Source of the DNA: Brevinematales bacterium
GTDB taxonomy: Bacteria; Spirochaetota; Brevinematia; Brevinematales; JAOACQ01
Assembly: GCA_037479045.1 (NCBI GenBank)
Contig: JBBFLL010000002.1
Coordinates: 2,347 to 66,346, forward strand
Reading direction: 5' to 3'
Length of the DNA stretch: 64,000 bases
Shown here: one piece after another, positions 56,569 through 64,000 of the stretch
Numbering within the stretch: the stretch's first letter is position 1
Layout: each line of letters begins with the position of its first letter
Program-made: the position numbers and the translations under genes
Notes under the pieces: model-generated
What the model was told of the DNA's origin: nothing
What the model saw: only the letters and a program-made list of their open reading frames with translations
Databases searched by the model: none

Positions 56569-57837
56569 TTGACAAATTTTTTTTCTCCTTTATCATTAAT
56601 TTTTATGAAAAGAGAAATTCGTAAAATTTTTGTTTTCTGGTTTTTCTGGTGTTTTATATTGATTCTGTATCAACAGGTTGTAACAAATAGATTTTTTTTA
56701 AAAAAGCCAGATACAGCATTAAACTGGACTGTTTTTGAAACTCAAGAATATTCATGGGACAATAGACCATATTTACTTGAAGATTTTCTTAATCAACATG
56801 TAGCTTGGGATTCTGAGTTTTATCTCGCAATTGCTGATAAAGGCTATGATAATGATAAAGTGAGAGTTGCTGGTGGAAGGGGTGAAAGATATTCTTTAAA
56901 CTATGCCTTTTTCCCTTTTTATCCAGTAATGATAAAGGTTTTCTCTATTCCTTTTGTTTTTCTTGAAAAATCAAAAATACTTTCTCATATTGAAATTCTT
57001 GTTTTATCAGGTGTGATTGTGTCTATGCTTGGTGTTTTAGTTGGTTTTTTATCTTTTTATTTTTTTCTTAAGAAGAATGATTTTTCAAGTGAAGAGGCTT
57101 TCAAAGGCATTTTTTATCTTTCTATTTTTCCTTCTGCTTTTTTTATGGGGGAAGTTTATACAGAAGGCTTATTTTGTGGGCTTTTGTTCTTAACTTTGAT
57201 TTTGACAATCCTTAAGAGAAGATGGCTTGCATGTATATTTGCATCTCTTTTGTTTTTAACGAGACCAGCCGGTATAATGGTAGTTTTTTTTATCTTTCTT
57301 GAGTTTTTAAAGGAAACAAATTTTATAAAAAATAAAAGATTTAATTTTAAAGATATTTTAGTCTTCGTTCCATTAGTCATTCCATTTTTGACATTTGTTA
57401 TCTGGAAATTTTCGCCTTTAGGTTATAGATTTGAATTTGTTCAGTCGGTTTTTTTTGGTAGACAAGGAATTAATATCTTTGATTCATTGAACAACTGGAA
57501 AGAAGCTCTTTTTTTGGTTTTATTTGGTGGCAATATGCCGACAAGAATATATTATTCTATAGAATTTGTAGTTATGATTATTGCACTTCTCTCTATTATT
57601 CTTGAAAGTAGAAAATATTTATCTCTTTCAATTCTTGGATTTTTGTTTTTCTTTTTTTCATTTTTCAGTGGTGTTGCACAGGGAATGCATAGATATTTGC
57701 TTTTTACTCCTACAATTTACACAATGCTTATAAAAGCTGGAAGAAATGAAGTGTTTGATAGAGTATGGAGTATTACAAGTGTTTTATTTTTTGGAATGAT
57801 GTCACTACTTTTCAGTTTTGATATGTGGGCAGGGTAA
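56569..57837 (+). CDS. Polytopic membrane glycosyltransferase-like protein (PIG-V/GT-C-like)
   Basis: AWDSEFYLAIADKGYD...YAFFPFYPVMIK matches the PIG-V-type mannosyltransferase N-terminal pattern. There are ~9-10 TM segments. The start is uncertain (TTG 56569 or ATG 56605). Confidence 0.6.
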   Translation: MTNFFSPLSLIFMKREIRKIFVFWFFWCFILILYQQVVTNRFFLKKPDTALNWTVFETQEYSWDNRPYLLEDFLNQHVAWDSEFYLAIADKGYDNDKVRVAGGRGERYSLNYAFFPFYPVMIKVFSIPFVFLEKSKILSHIEILVLSGVIVSMLGVLVGFLSFYFFLKKNDFSSEEAFKGIFYLSIFPSAFFMGEVYTEGLFCGLLFLTLILTILKRRWLACIFASLLFLTRPAGIMVVFFIFLEFLKETNFIKNKRFNFKDILVFVPLVIPFLTFVIWKFSPLGYRFEFVQSVFFGRQGINIFDSLNNWKEALFLVLFGGNMPTRIYYSIEFVVMIIALLSIILESRKYLSLSILGFLFFFFSFFSGVAQGMHRYLLFTPTIYTMLIKAGRNEVFDRVWSITSVLFFGMMSLLFSFDMWAG

Positions 57838-57866
57838 TTGACATCTTTGGTTTTTTGATGTATAAT
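57838..57866 (+). promoter_or_regulatory. Perfect consensus promoter TTGACA-17-TATAAT upstream of the MFS gene
   Basis: TTGACA 57838-57843, 17-nt spacer, TATAAT 57861-57866, SD AAGGAG 57875-57880, ATG 57886. Confidence 0.6.
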
Positions 57867-57885
57867 TTATTCTTAAGGAGATTTT

Positions 57886-59082
57886 ATGGGGAAGAAAAAA
57901 CAAGTAAACAATAATGTTTTGATGACTGGTTTTACGTCTTTTTTTACAGATATTTCATCAGAAATGATTTATCCACTTATTCAGGCTTTTGTAAGTTCAA
58001 TATTAAAATCTCAGGCGGCTTTAATAGGTCCTGTTCTTGGACTTATAGAAGGAATAGCTGAATCAACGGCAAGCATTCTTAAGCTCTTTTCTGGCTATAT
58101 TTCTGATAGAATTAAAAAGAGAAAAATTCTTGCGATTATAGGGTATTCTTTATCAGCCGTTAGTAAAATTTTGTTTTTTATTCCTTACTGGTTTACTGTT
58201 TTTACAGCAAGGATTATCGATAGGATAGGAAAAGGTATAAGGACAGCTCCAAGAGATGCTTTAATATCAGATAGTGTTTCAAAAGATAAAATGGGAAAAG
58301 CATTTGGGTTTCAGAGGGGAATGGATTTTGCTGGTGCATTTCTTGGTACTTTAATAAGTTTCTTACTTATTAAATTTGTTTTTAAAGATTTAGATAGTGT
58401 AAGAGAACCAGCAAAATTTTATCCTATTTTTGCTATTGCATTAATTCCAGCTTTAATTGGAGTTATTTTCCTTTTCTTTACAAAGGATGTTAAAGTCGAA
58501 AAGGAAGCAAAACTTCCCACTTTTAATCTTAAAAAATACAATAAATCTTTAAGAGTATTTTTCCTTGCTCAATTTATTTTTACACTCGGTAATTCATCAA
58601 ACCAATTCTTATTATTAAGAAGCACAGATCTTGGACATTCTTTATCTACAATTACAATTATGTATTTACTATTTAACCTTACTACAACAATTTTTTCAAC
58701 TCCACTTGGGGCTTTATCTGATAAAATTGGAAGGAAAGGATTACTTATTCTTGGATATTTTATGTATGCAGTTGTTTATACAGGATTTGGGATTGTTAAC
58801 CCTAATTCAAACTGGGTTTTATGGATTCTCTGGATAGTTTATGGACTTTACTATGCGATGACGGAAGGACTTGAAAAGGCTTTTGTTTCTGAGCTTGCAC
58901 CTGAAAACTCAAAGGCAACTGCAATTGGTTTTTACCATATGATAGTTGGTGTGACTTTACTACCTGCAAGTTTGATAGCTGGATTTTTATATAGTTTAAA
59001 TCCAGTTTCTCCATTTTTGCTTGGAGGAATTCTGGCACTCATAAATTGTATAATTTTACTTGTTGGCTTAAAAAATGAGTAA
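57886..59082 (+). CDS. MFS transporter
   Basis: 398 aa with 12 predicted hydrophobic segments. GYISDRIKKRK, an MFS loop 2-3 motif-like sequence, is present. Confidence 0.8.
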   Translation: MGKKKQVNNNVLMTGFTSFFTDISSEMIYPLIQAFVSSILKSQAALIGPVLGLIEGIAESTASILKLFSGYISDRIKKRKILAIIGYSLSAVSKILFFIPYWFTVFTARIIDRIGKGIRTAPRDALISDSVSKDKMGKAFGFQRGMDFAGAFLGTLISFLLIKFVFKDLDSVREPAKFYPIFAIALIPALIGVIFLFFTKDVKVEKEAKLPTFNLKKYNKSLRVFFLAQFIFTLGNSSNQFLLLRSTDLGHSLSTITIMYLLFNLTTTIFSTPLGALSDKIGRKGLLILGYFMYAVVYTGFGIVNPNSNWVLWILWIVYGLYYAMTEGLEKAFVSELAPENSKATAIGFYHMIVGVTLLPASLIAGFLYSLNPVSPFLLGGILALINCIILLVGLKNE

Positions 59083-59770
59083 ATTTTATGAAATATTTGT
59101 GGATTATTATGATCGAATATTTCCATTAAGTGAAGAATTAAAAAATTTTGTCTCAAGTTATGTAGAAATTGATAATACTTACCTTGATATTGGCTGTGGA
59201 ACTGGAGAACTTGCCATCTATCTTTCAAACAAAAATATTCTTAAAGAAATAATTGCAACGGATATCGATGAGGCAATGCTTGACAAGGCAAAAAGAAAAA
59301 CTAAAAACGTAAATTTTATCAAACTGGATATGAGAGAACTAAATTATCATGAAAAATTTGATATAATAAGTTGTTTTGGAAATACAATTGTTCATCTCAC
59401 TTCCTTAAAGGACATAGAAAATTTTTTTGATAATGTATTTAAAGCTCTTAAAAAAGGGGGAAAATTTTTATTTCAAATCCTTAACTATAATATATTGCAA
59501 AACTTTCCTGTAATTCAAAACGATGTTTTTATTTTTGAAAGATATTATAAATATGAGAAAGAATTAATTGAATTTGAGGTAAAATTCAGTTTAAAAAAAT
59601 CAAAAGAGACTTTTGAAAGTTCAATTTTTCTTTATCCGTTGACGTTTAATAAAATTTCAGAAATTTTAACATCTTTAAAGATAAAAAATATATCTTTTTT
59701 CTCTGATTTTCAAAAAAATCCATTTAATCCTGAAAAATCAAGCCTGCTTGTGGGAGTTATAGAAAAATAA
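59075..59770 (+). CDS. Class I SAM-dependent methyltransferase
   Basis: YLDIGCGTGELAIYL (motif I) and DIISCFGNTIVHL are present. Confidence 0.85.
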   Translation: MSKFYEIFVDYYDRIFPLSEELKNFVSSYVEIDNTYLDIGCGTGELAIYLSNKNILKEIIATDIDEAMLDKAKRKTKNVNFIKLDMRELNYHEKFDIISCFGNTIVHLTSLKDIENFFDNVFKALKKGGKFLFQILNYNILQNFPVIQNDVFIFERYYKYEKELIEFEVKFSLKKSKETFESSIFLYPLTFNKISEILTSLKIKNISFFSDFQKNPFNPEKSSLLVGVIEK

Positions 59771-59881
59771 AAAAAATCTTGCATTTTTAAAAATTGAGGT
59801 TTAAAATATCTCTATATTTTCGTGTTTGTATAATAAAGATAGGGGTTAATCTTTATTTGACTTTTGGTTGAGGAGGTTTTT

Positions 59882-60508
59882 ATGAGGATTTTTATCCTTG
59901 GTGGTTCAAAGGGAATTGGGTTATGTCTTACAAAACTTGCTCTCGAAAAGGGTTATAATGTAAAGGTAATGTCAAGAAATGCTGAAAGTATGCCGATAGT
60001 CCACAAAAATCTTGAGAAGATAAATGGTAATGGGCTTGAACTACAGAAAGTAGAGGAAGCCACTGAAAATGCTGATGTGGTTATAAGTACTATTGGAACA
60101 AGAAGTAATAAGAAAAATCAAAATCTATTTTCAGAAACAACTAAAAATCTTCTTTCTGCTATAAATGGACATAATAAACTTTTTATTTCTGTGACGGGTA
60201 TTGGTGTAAAAGATACTTATGGAAAAAATGGATTTTTATTTGATAAAATAATATTACCATTCTTACTCAAAAATATCTATAAGGATAAAGATATTCAGGA
60301 AGAGATAATAAAGCACTGCAATACTCAATGGATAATCGTTCGTCCCGGATTTCTTACCAATGGTCCATTAACAGGTAGATATAAGATAGTTACAGATTTA
60401 ACTCATCTTAGAACTGGTAAAATCTCAAGAATGGATGTTGCCCATTTTATATTAAGTCAGATTGAGGATCCAGTATATCTTAAAATGGCTCCTGTTATAA
60501 CATATTAA
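59882..60508 (+). CDS. NAD(P)-binding (NmrA/atypical-SDR-like) protein
   Basis: MRIFILGGSKGIGLCL is a Rossmann start. The start was chosen at 59882 because GAGGAGG precedes it. Confidence 0.75.
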   Translation: MRIFILGGSKGIGLCLTKLALEKGYNVKVMSRNAESMPIVHKNLEKINGNGLELQKVEEATENADVVISTIGTRSNKKNQNLFSETTKNLLSAINGHNKLFISVTGIGVKDTYGKNGFLFDKIILPFLLKNIYKDKDIQEEIIKHCNTQWIIVRPGFLTNGPLTGRYKIVTDLTHLRTGKISRMDVAHFILSQIEDPVYLKMAPVITY

Positions 60509-60514
60509 ATTCTT

Positions 60515-61468
60515 ATGAACTACAGAATTTTTTGCCTATTCTTTTTGTTGGTAAGTTGTTCTAAAACTGTTAGCAAAGATGAATTTTCTATTTTTACGAT
60601 GAATACAGTTTTAACTGTGACTACCTATAATGCTAAACTGGCGAAAAAAGATAAAGAGGCTATTTCAAATCTTCTTACCGAACTTGAAAATAAATTCAGT
60701 ATTTCAACTGATAATTCTATAGTTAATCAGCTCAAAAAGACAAACGTCTTGTTTTATAATGATGATGAGATATTTTTTGTTTTAAAAAAGAGTAAATACT
60801 TTTATGAGATTTCAGAAGGAAATTTTGACATCACCATCGGAAAACTTGTAAAAACCTGGGGATTTTATAATGAAGAATACAGATTGCCCTCACTTTATGA
60901 GATTAAAAAAGCAGTTTTGGAAGTTGGATTTAATAATCTTACTTTTTCATCAAATTATATTCAATTAAATAAAAATGTCTGGTTTGATTTTGGTGGAATT
61001 TTAAAAGGATATGCAGTTGAAAAAGTTGTGTCATATCTTAAATCGAAAGGTTATAAAACTGGTATTGTTAATCTTGGAGGCAACTTAAAAGTTTTTGGCG
61101 AAAAACCAGATGGAACAAAATGGAAAATAGGAATAAGAGATCCAAGAAAGATTGGAGAAATTTTCAAAGTAATAGAACTTGAGCCTGAAGAAAGCATAGC
61201 CACTTCAGGAGATTATGAAAAATATTTTATAACAAATGGAGTCAGATATCACCATATACTTAATCCTAAAAGCGGCTTTCCTGTTGCTAATGGCGTTGCA
61301 GGAGTAAGCGTTATTACTACTAATGCGATGGAAGCAGATGCCTACTCTACTATTTTGTTTATTTTGGGAAAAGAAAAAGGGATGAATATTGCAAAGAAAT
61401 ATAATCTTAAAGCTATCTTTTTATTTGAAAACAAAGAAAATAAAATTGAGGAAAAAAGCAATTTTTAA
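60515..61468 (+). CDS. apbE: FAD:protein FMN transferase (ApbE family) lipoprotein
   Basis: Lipobox LLVSCS. FTMNTV, GGILKGYAVEKV, ATSGDYEKYF, YHHILNPKSGFP and EADAYSTILF are present. Confidence 0.88.
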   Translation: MNYRIFCLFFLLVSCSKTVSKDEFSIFTMNTVLTVTTYNAKLAKKDKEAISNLLTELENKFSISTDNSIVNQLKKTNVLFYNDDEIFFVLKKSKYFYEISEGNFDITIGKLVKTWGFYNEEYRLPSLYEIKKAVLEVGFNNLTFSSNYIQLNKNVWFDFGGILKGYAVEKVVSYLKSKGYKTGIVNLGGNLKVFGEKPDGTKWKIGIRDPRKIGEIFKVIELEPEESIATSGDYEKYFITNGVRYHHILNPKSGFPVANGVAGVSVITTNAMEADAYSTILFILGKEKGMNIAKKYNLKAIFLFENKENKIEEKSNF

Positions 61469-61497
61469 TTTACAATTACAAAAATGTAATATATAAT
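61469..61497 (+). promoter_or_regulatory. Candidate promoter TTTACA-17-TATAAT upstream of the nitroreductase gene
   Basis: TTTACA 61469-61474, 17-nt spacer, TATAAT 61492-61497. Confidence 0.45.
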
Positions 61498-61527
61498 ATG
61501 AATGCTTCATTCTGTCTGGAGGGATAA

Positions 61528-62073
61528 ATGCTCGAAAGCCTTATAGAAAAGAGAAGATCCTTAAGAGCGTTAGAAGCAGAACCTCTCAATGACAAAGATA
61601 TAGAGCTTGTTAAAAAAGCCGCATCACTTGCTCCTTCCTGTTTTAATAATCAACCATGGAGATTTATATTTATTAGAGAAAGGTTAAATGAATTATTCAC
61701 CGTTTTGAACAAAGGAAATGAATGGGCTAAAAATGCCTCTTTGATTATTGCTGTCTTTTCTGAAAAGAATCTTGATTGCGTGATTAAAGATAGAGAATAT
61801 TACTTGTTTGATACTGGTATTGCGACTGGATTTATGATACTTCAATTAACCTCTCTTGGTTTTGTTGCTCACCCAATAGCCGGTTTTGATGATTTAAAGG
61901 CAAAACAACTTCTTAATATTCCAGAAAATTTTGTTTTAATTTCATTGATTATTGTTGGAAAACATAGTCCAGATAAAATTGAATATTTAAATGACTATCA
62001 GAAAAAAATAGAACTTGAAAGACCAGAAAGAAAAAATTTTAAAGAAATATTTTATGATGAGAAATATAGTTAG
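61528..62073 (+). CDS. Nitroreductase-family protein
   Basis: IEKRRSLRAL and APSCFNNQPWRFIFI are present. Confidence 0.85.
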   Translation: MLESLIEKRRSLRALEAEPLNDKDIELVKKAASLAPSCFNNQPWRFIFIRERLNELFTVLNKGNEWAKNASLIIAVFSEKNLDCVIKDREYYLFDTGIATGFMILQLTSLGFVAHPIAGFDDLKAKQLLNIPENFVLISLIIVGKHSPDKIEYLNDYQKKIELERPERKNFKEIFYDEKYS

Positions 62074-62560
62074 TTTTTTGATTATTTTGCTTGTTTTTTC
62101 TTGTGGCAAACAAAAAGAGATAGAAAAAAAAGAAGGGATTAATTTATATAAAATCAATGATCGATATGGATTTTATGGTTTTGTAAATGGAAAAGAAGTA
62201 AGGATTGAACCTGACTATGAATATGCAGAGGAATTTAAAGAAGGACTTGCTCTTGTTTCTTACAATAAAAAATATGGTTTTATAAATGAACGGGGTGAAC
62301 TTGCTATTCCAATGATTTTTGATCTGGCACATAGTTTTTCAGAAGGTTATGCAAAGGTAAAAGTAGGAGAAAAATATGGCTATATTAATCGTGAAGGCAG
62401 GCTGGTAATTGATTTAATATATGATGATGCAAAAGATTTTAAGAATGGAAAAGCCCTTGTGAGAATAGGAAAAGAAAGTTTTTATATCTATCCTGATGGC
62501 AAAAGAGTTATTATGTCAAATACAAATGAAGTTTTTAAACCAAATATAAAAAATTTTTAA
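62054..62560 (+). CDS. WG (KWG)-repeat lipoprotein
   Basis: The start was chosen at MMRNIVSFLIILLVFSCG (lipobox). Repeats are YGFVNGKEV..., YGFINERGELAIPMIFD and YGYINREGRLVIDLIYDDA. Confidence 0.75.
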   Translation: MMRNIVSFLIILLVFSCGKQKEIEKKEGINLYKINDRYGFYGFVNGKEVRIEPDYEYAEEFKEGLALVSYNKKYGFINERGELAIPMIFDLAHSFSEGYAKVKVGEKYGYINREGRLVIDLIYDDAKDFKNGKALVRIGKESFYIYPDGKRVIMSNTNEVFKPNIKNF

Positions 62561-62579
62561 GTTAAGGAGGAGGAAATAA

Positions 62580-63134
62580 ATGTATTGTATTTTTCTTGGT
62601 AATAATTTTGAAGATATTGAAGCACTTTCTGTAATAGATATATTAAGAAGAGCGAAGATACCTCTTGAGATTTTTGGGGTTGGATCTGATAAGATAAAAA
62701 GTAGAAGCAATATTATATATTTTACTGAAATGGTCTTTAATTCTGAAAAAGATATCGATGTTTCAAAATTTGATGGTATACTACTTCCCGGAGGTCCAGG
62801 AACAACTGAACTTGCCAACAACAATGAGCTTATAAAGTTGATTAAAAATTTTTATTCAGAAAACAAACTTATTTTTGCAATATGTGCGGCACCAATGTTG
62901 CTGGATGTGGCGGGTATTCTTGAAGGTAAAAAATACACCTGTTATCCGGGAACCGTTATTAATAATGGGACATATGTCGATGAAGACGTAGTTATAGATG
63001 GAAAGATAATAACTTCAAAAGGTGTTGGAACATCTATAAAAGCAGCATTAACTCTTGTATCAATTATTAACTCAAAAGAAGAAGCTATTGAATTGTCGAA
63101 AAAAATAGTTTATAATTGGGATGGAAAATATTGA
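62580..63134 (+). CDS. DJ-1/PfpI-family protein
   Basis: ILLPGGPGT and the nucleophile elbow FAICAAP are present. SD AAGGAGGAGG lies upstream. Confidence 0.88.
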   Translation: MYCIFLGNNFEDIEALSVIDILRRAKIPLEIFGVGSDKIKSRSNIIYFTEMVFNSEKDIDVSKFDGILLPGGPGTTELANNNELIKLIKNFYSENKLIFAICAAPMLLDVAGILEGKKYTCYPGTVINNGTYVDEDVVIDGKIITSKGVGTSIKAALTLVSIINSKEEAIELSKKIVYNWDGKY

Positions 63135-64000
63135 TAAAAAGATTCTTCTACGTTGTTTTAATAATTTTTTGTGTAATTTTATATTCGGAAGATTTAAGGA
63201 AAGAAAAGGAAAAATATAAAAAAAAATACGACCCCCTCTATATTGATATAATTTCATCACCTGAAGATATTGATTCACTTGAAAGTATACGTTTAGACCT
63301 TGCAGAGTATGTTTATCCAGTAAGAAAGTTGTTAATAAAAGATCCTGTCGAGAAGTATAAATATCAATCTAAACCAGCCCTTATAAGTGAAGATGAATTA
63401 CTTGAATTTTCTGACGAAGATTTTTTTAAAGCTACAAGAAAAAAGCAGGAATTTAAAATTGAATCAGCCACAACTACAAATAAAAAAAGTCTGGAAATTG
63501 GTTTTGAAGAATGGGAAACAAAGATTATACTGGCTGGAGGAGTAAGTTTTAAAGCTGGATATGGCTTTATCTGGAAGGATCCGGCATATCCATCGGGTTT
63601 TCCCGGTATCAATTTTGGACTCAATCTTGATCAGAAAATGAGAGTAAATGTAGTTGGAAAGATTGGAGAAAGAATAAGAGTTGGCATAGACCATAATTCT
63701 GAAAGTCCAGAGAATACTTACGAAATAGGATACAAAGCCCTCGAAAGCGATAAAGGTATTTTAAGGGAAATAACTGCTGGAAATGTTGAGTTAAACATAC
63801 CACAATCAAGTTATTTTATTAAATATGAAGGAACAAGCAAGGAAAACTATGGTTTAAAATCTGTATTAAAAGCTGGTGATTTTGAAAATCAAACAGTTGT
63901 AAGTCTTGTTAAAACAAAGAAGGGATACAAGAAATTCGTAGGAACAAGACAACTTCAGAATATTGAAATTATGGATATAAATTACATAAAAAGAAAATAT
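63116..64000 (+). CDS. Large exported protein, 3' end off window; N-terminal region SprA-like (tentative)
   Basis: This ORF is absent from the ORF track because it has no stop in the window. Its frame is open from 63116 (TTG; alternative TTG at 63131) to 64000. Signal-like IKRFFYVVLIIFCVILYS is present. ITAGNVELNIPQSSYFIKYEGTSKENYGLKSVLKAGDFENQTVVS resembles the GNVsmpl...GvKtqlqfG..tvTaV block of SprA N-termini, as recalled from memory. The minus-strand track ORFs here are antisense artefacts. Confidence 0.6.
   Translation, partial: MGWKILIKRFFYVVLIIFCVILYSEDLRKEKEKYKKKYDPLYIDIISSPEDIDSLESIRLDLAEYVYPVRKLLIKDPVEKYKYQSKPALISEDELLEFSDEDFFKATRKKQEFKIESATTTNKKSLEIGFEEWETKIILAGGVSFKAGYGFIWKDPAYPSGFPGINFGLNLDQKMRVNVVGKIGERIRVGIDHNSESPENTYEIGYKALESDKGILREITAGNVELNIPQSSYFIKYEGTSKENYGLKSVLKAGDFENQTVVSLVKTKKGYKKFVGTRQLQNIEIMDINYIKRKY

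Overview
Strongly AT-rich bacterial chromosomal window; I cannot name the organism from sequence alone. The left ~11 kb is a CRISPR-Cas locus. It begins with a 5'-truncated PIN/VapC-like ORF, followed by cas5-cas3-cas4-cas1-cas2, which is the 3' half of a type I-B-like operon; no cas6, cas8 or cas7 is visible in the window. An AT-rich leader follows, then a 59-repeat array of the 30-bp repeat ATTTTTAGTCTACCTATGAGGAATTGAAAC. Only 30 bp after the last, degenerate copy of that repeat, a second array starts. It has 18 copies of a different 37-bp repeat, CTAACAATAAAAACTTAATGGTTCTGAGAACTGAAAC, and has no leader or cas genes of its own in the window. The remaining sequence (11.6-64 kb) is mostly core housekeeping: mfd, frr-uppS-cdsA, leuA, thiGH, prfB, PIN-PhoH, mutS2, dnaX-ybaB-recR-carD, gpmI, dnaE, nadC, uvrC, ruvA, pcrA and eno. 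Interspersed are envelope or secreted proteins, c-di-GMP parts (REC-PilZ, GGDEF), a GH3 hydrolase and small redox enzymes. No tRNA, rRNA or IS element was recognised. The most interesting signals are listed here. (1) The leaderless head-to-tail fusion of two arrays whose repeats differ but share an almost identical 3' 13-14 nt handle. (2) A decayed tail of array 2 with scrambled repeat relics. (3) Several internal spacer-block duplications in array 1. (4) A spacer that is itself a textbook intrinsic terminator in the sense orientation. (5) A PIN toxin gene where cas7 is expected. (6) A dnaX A8 slippery run whose -1 frame stops after one codon at the expected tau/gamma boundary. (7) Two well-supported ORFs missing from the supplied track: a 59-aa Cys-containing ORF coupled to nadC, and a 3'-open SprA-like ORF. 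All functional calls rest on motif recognition by eye; no database search was run.
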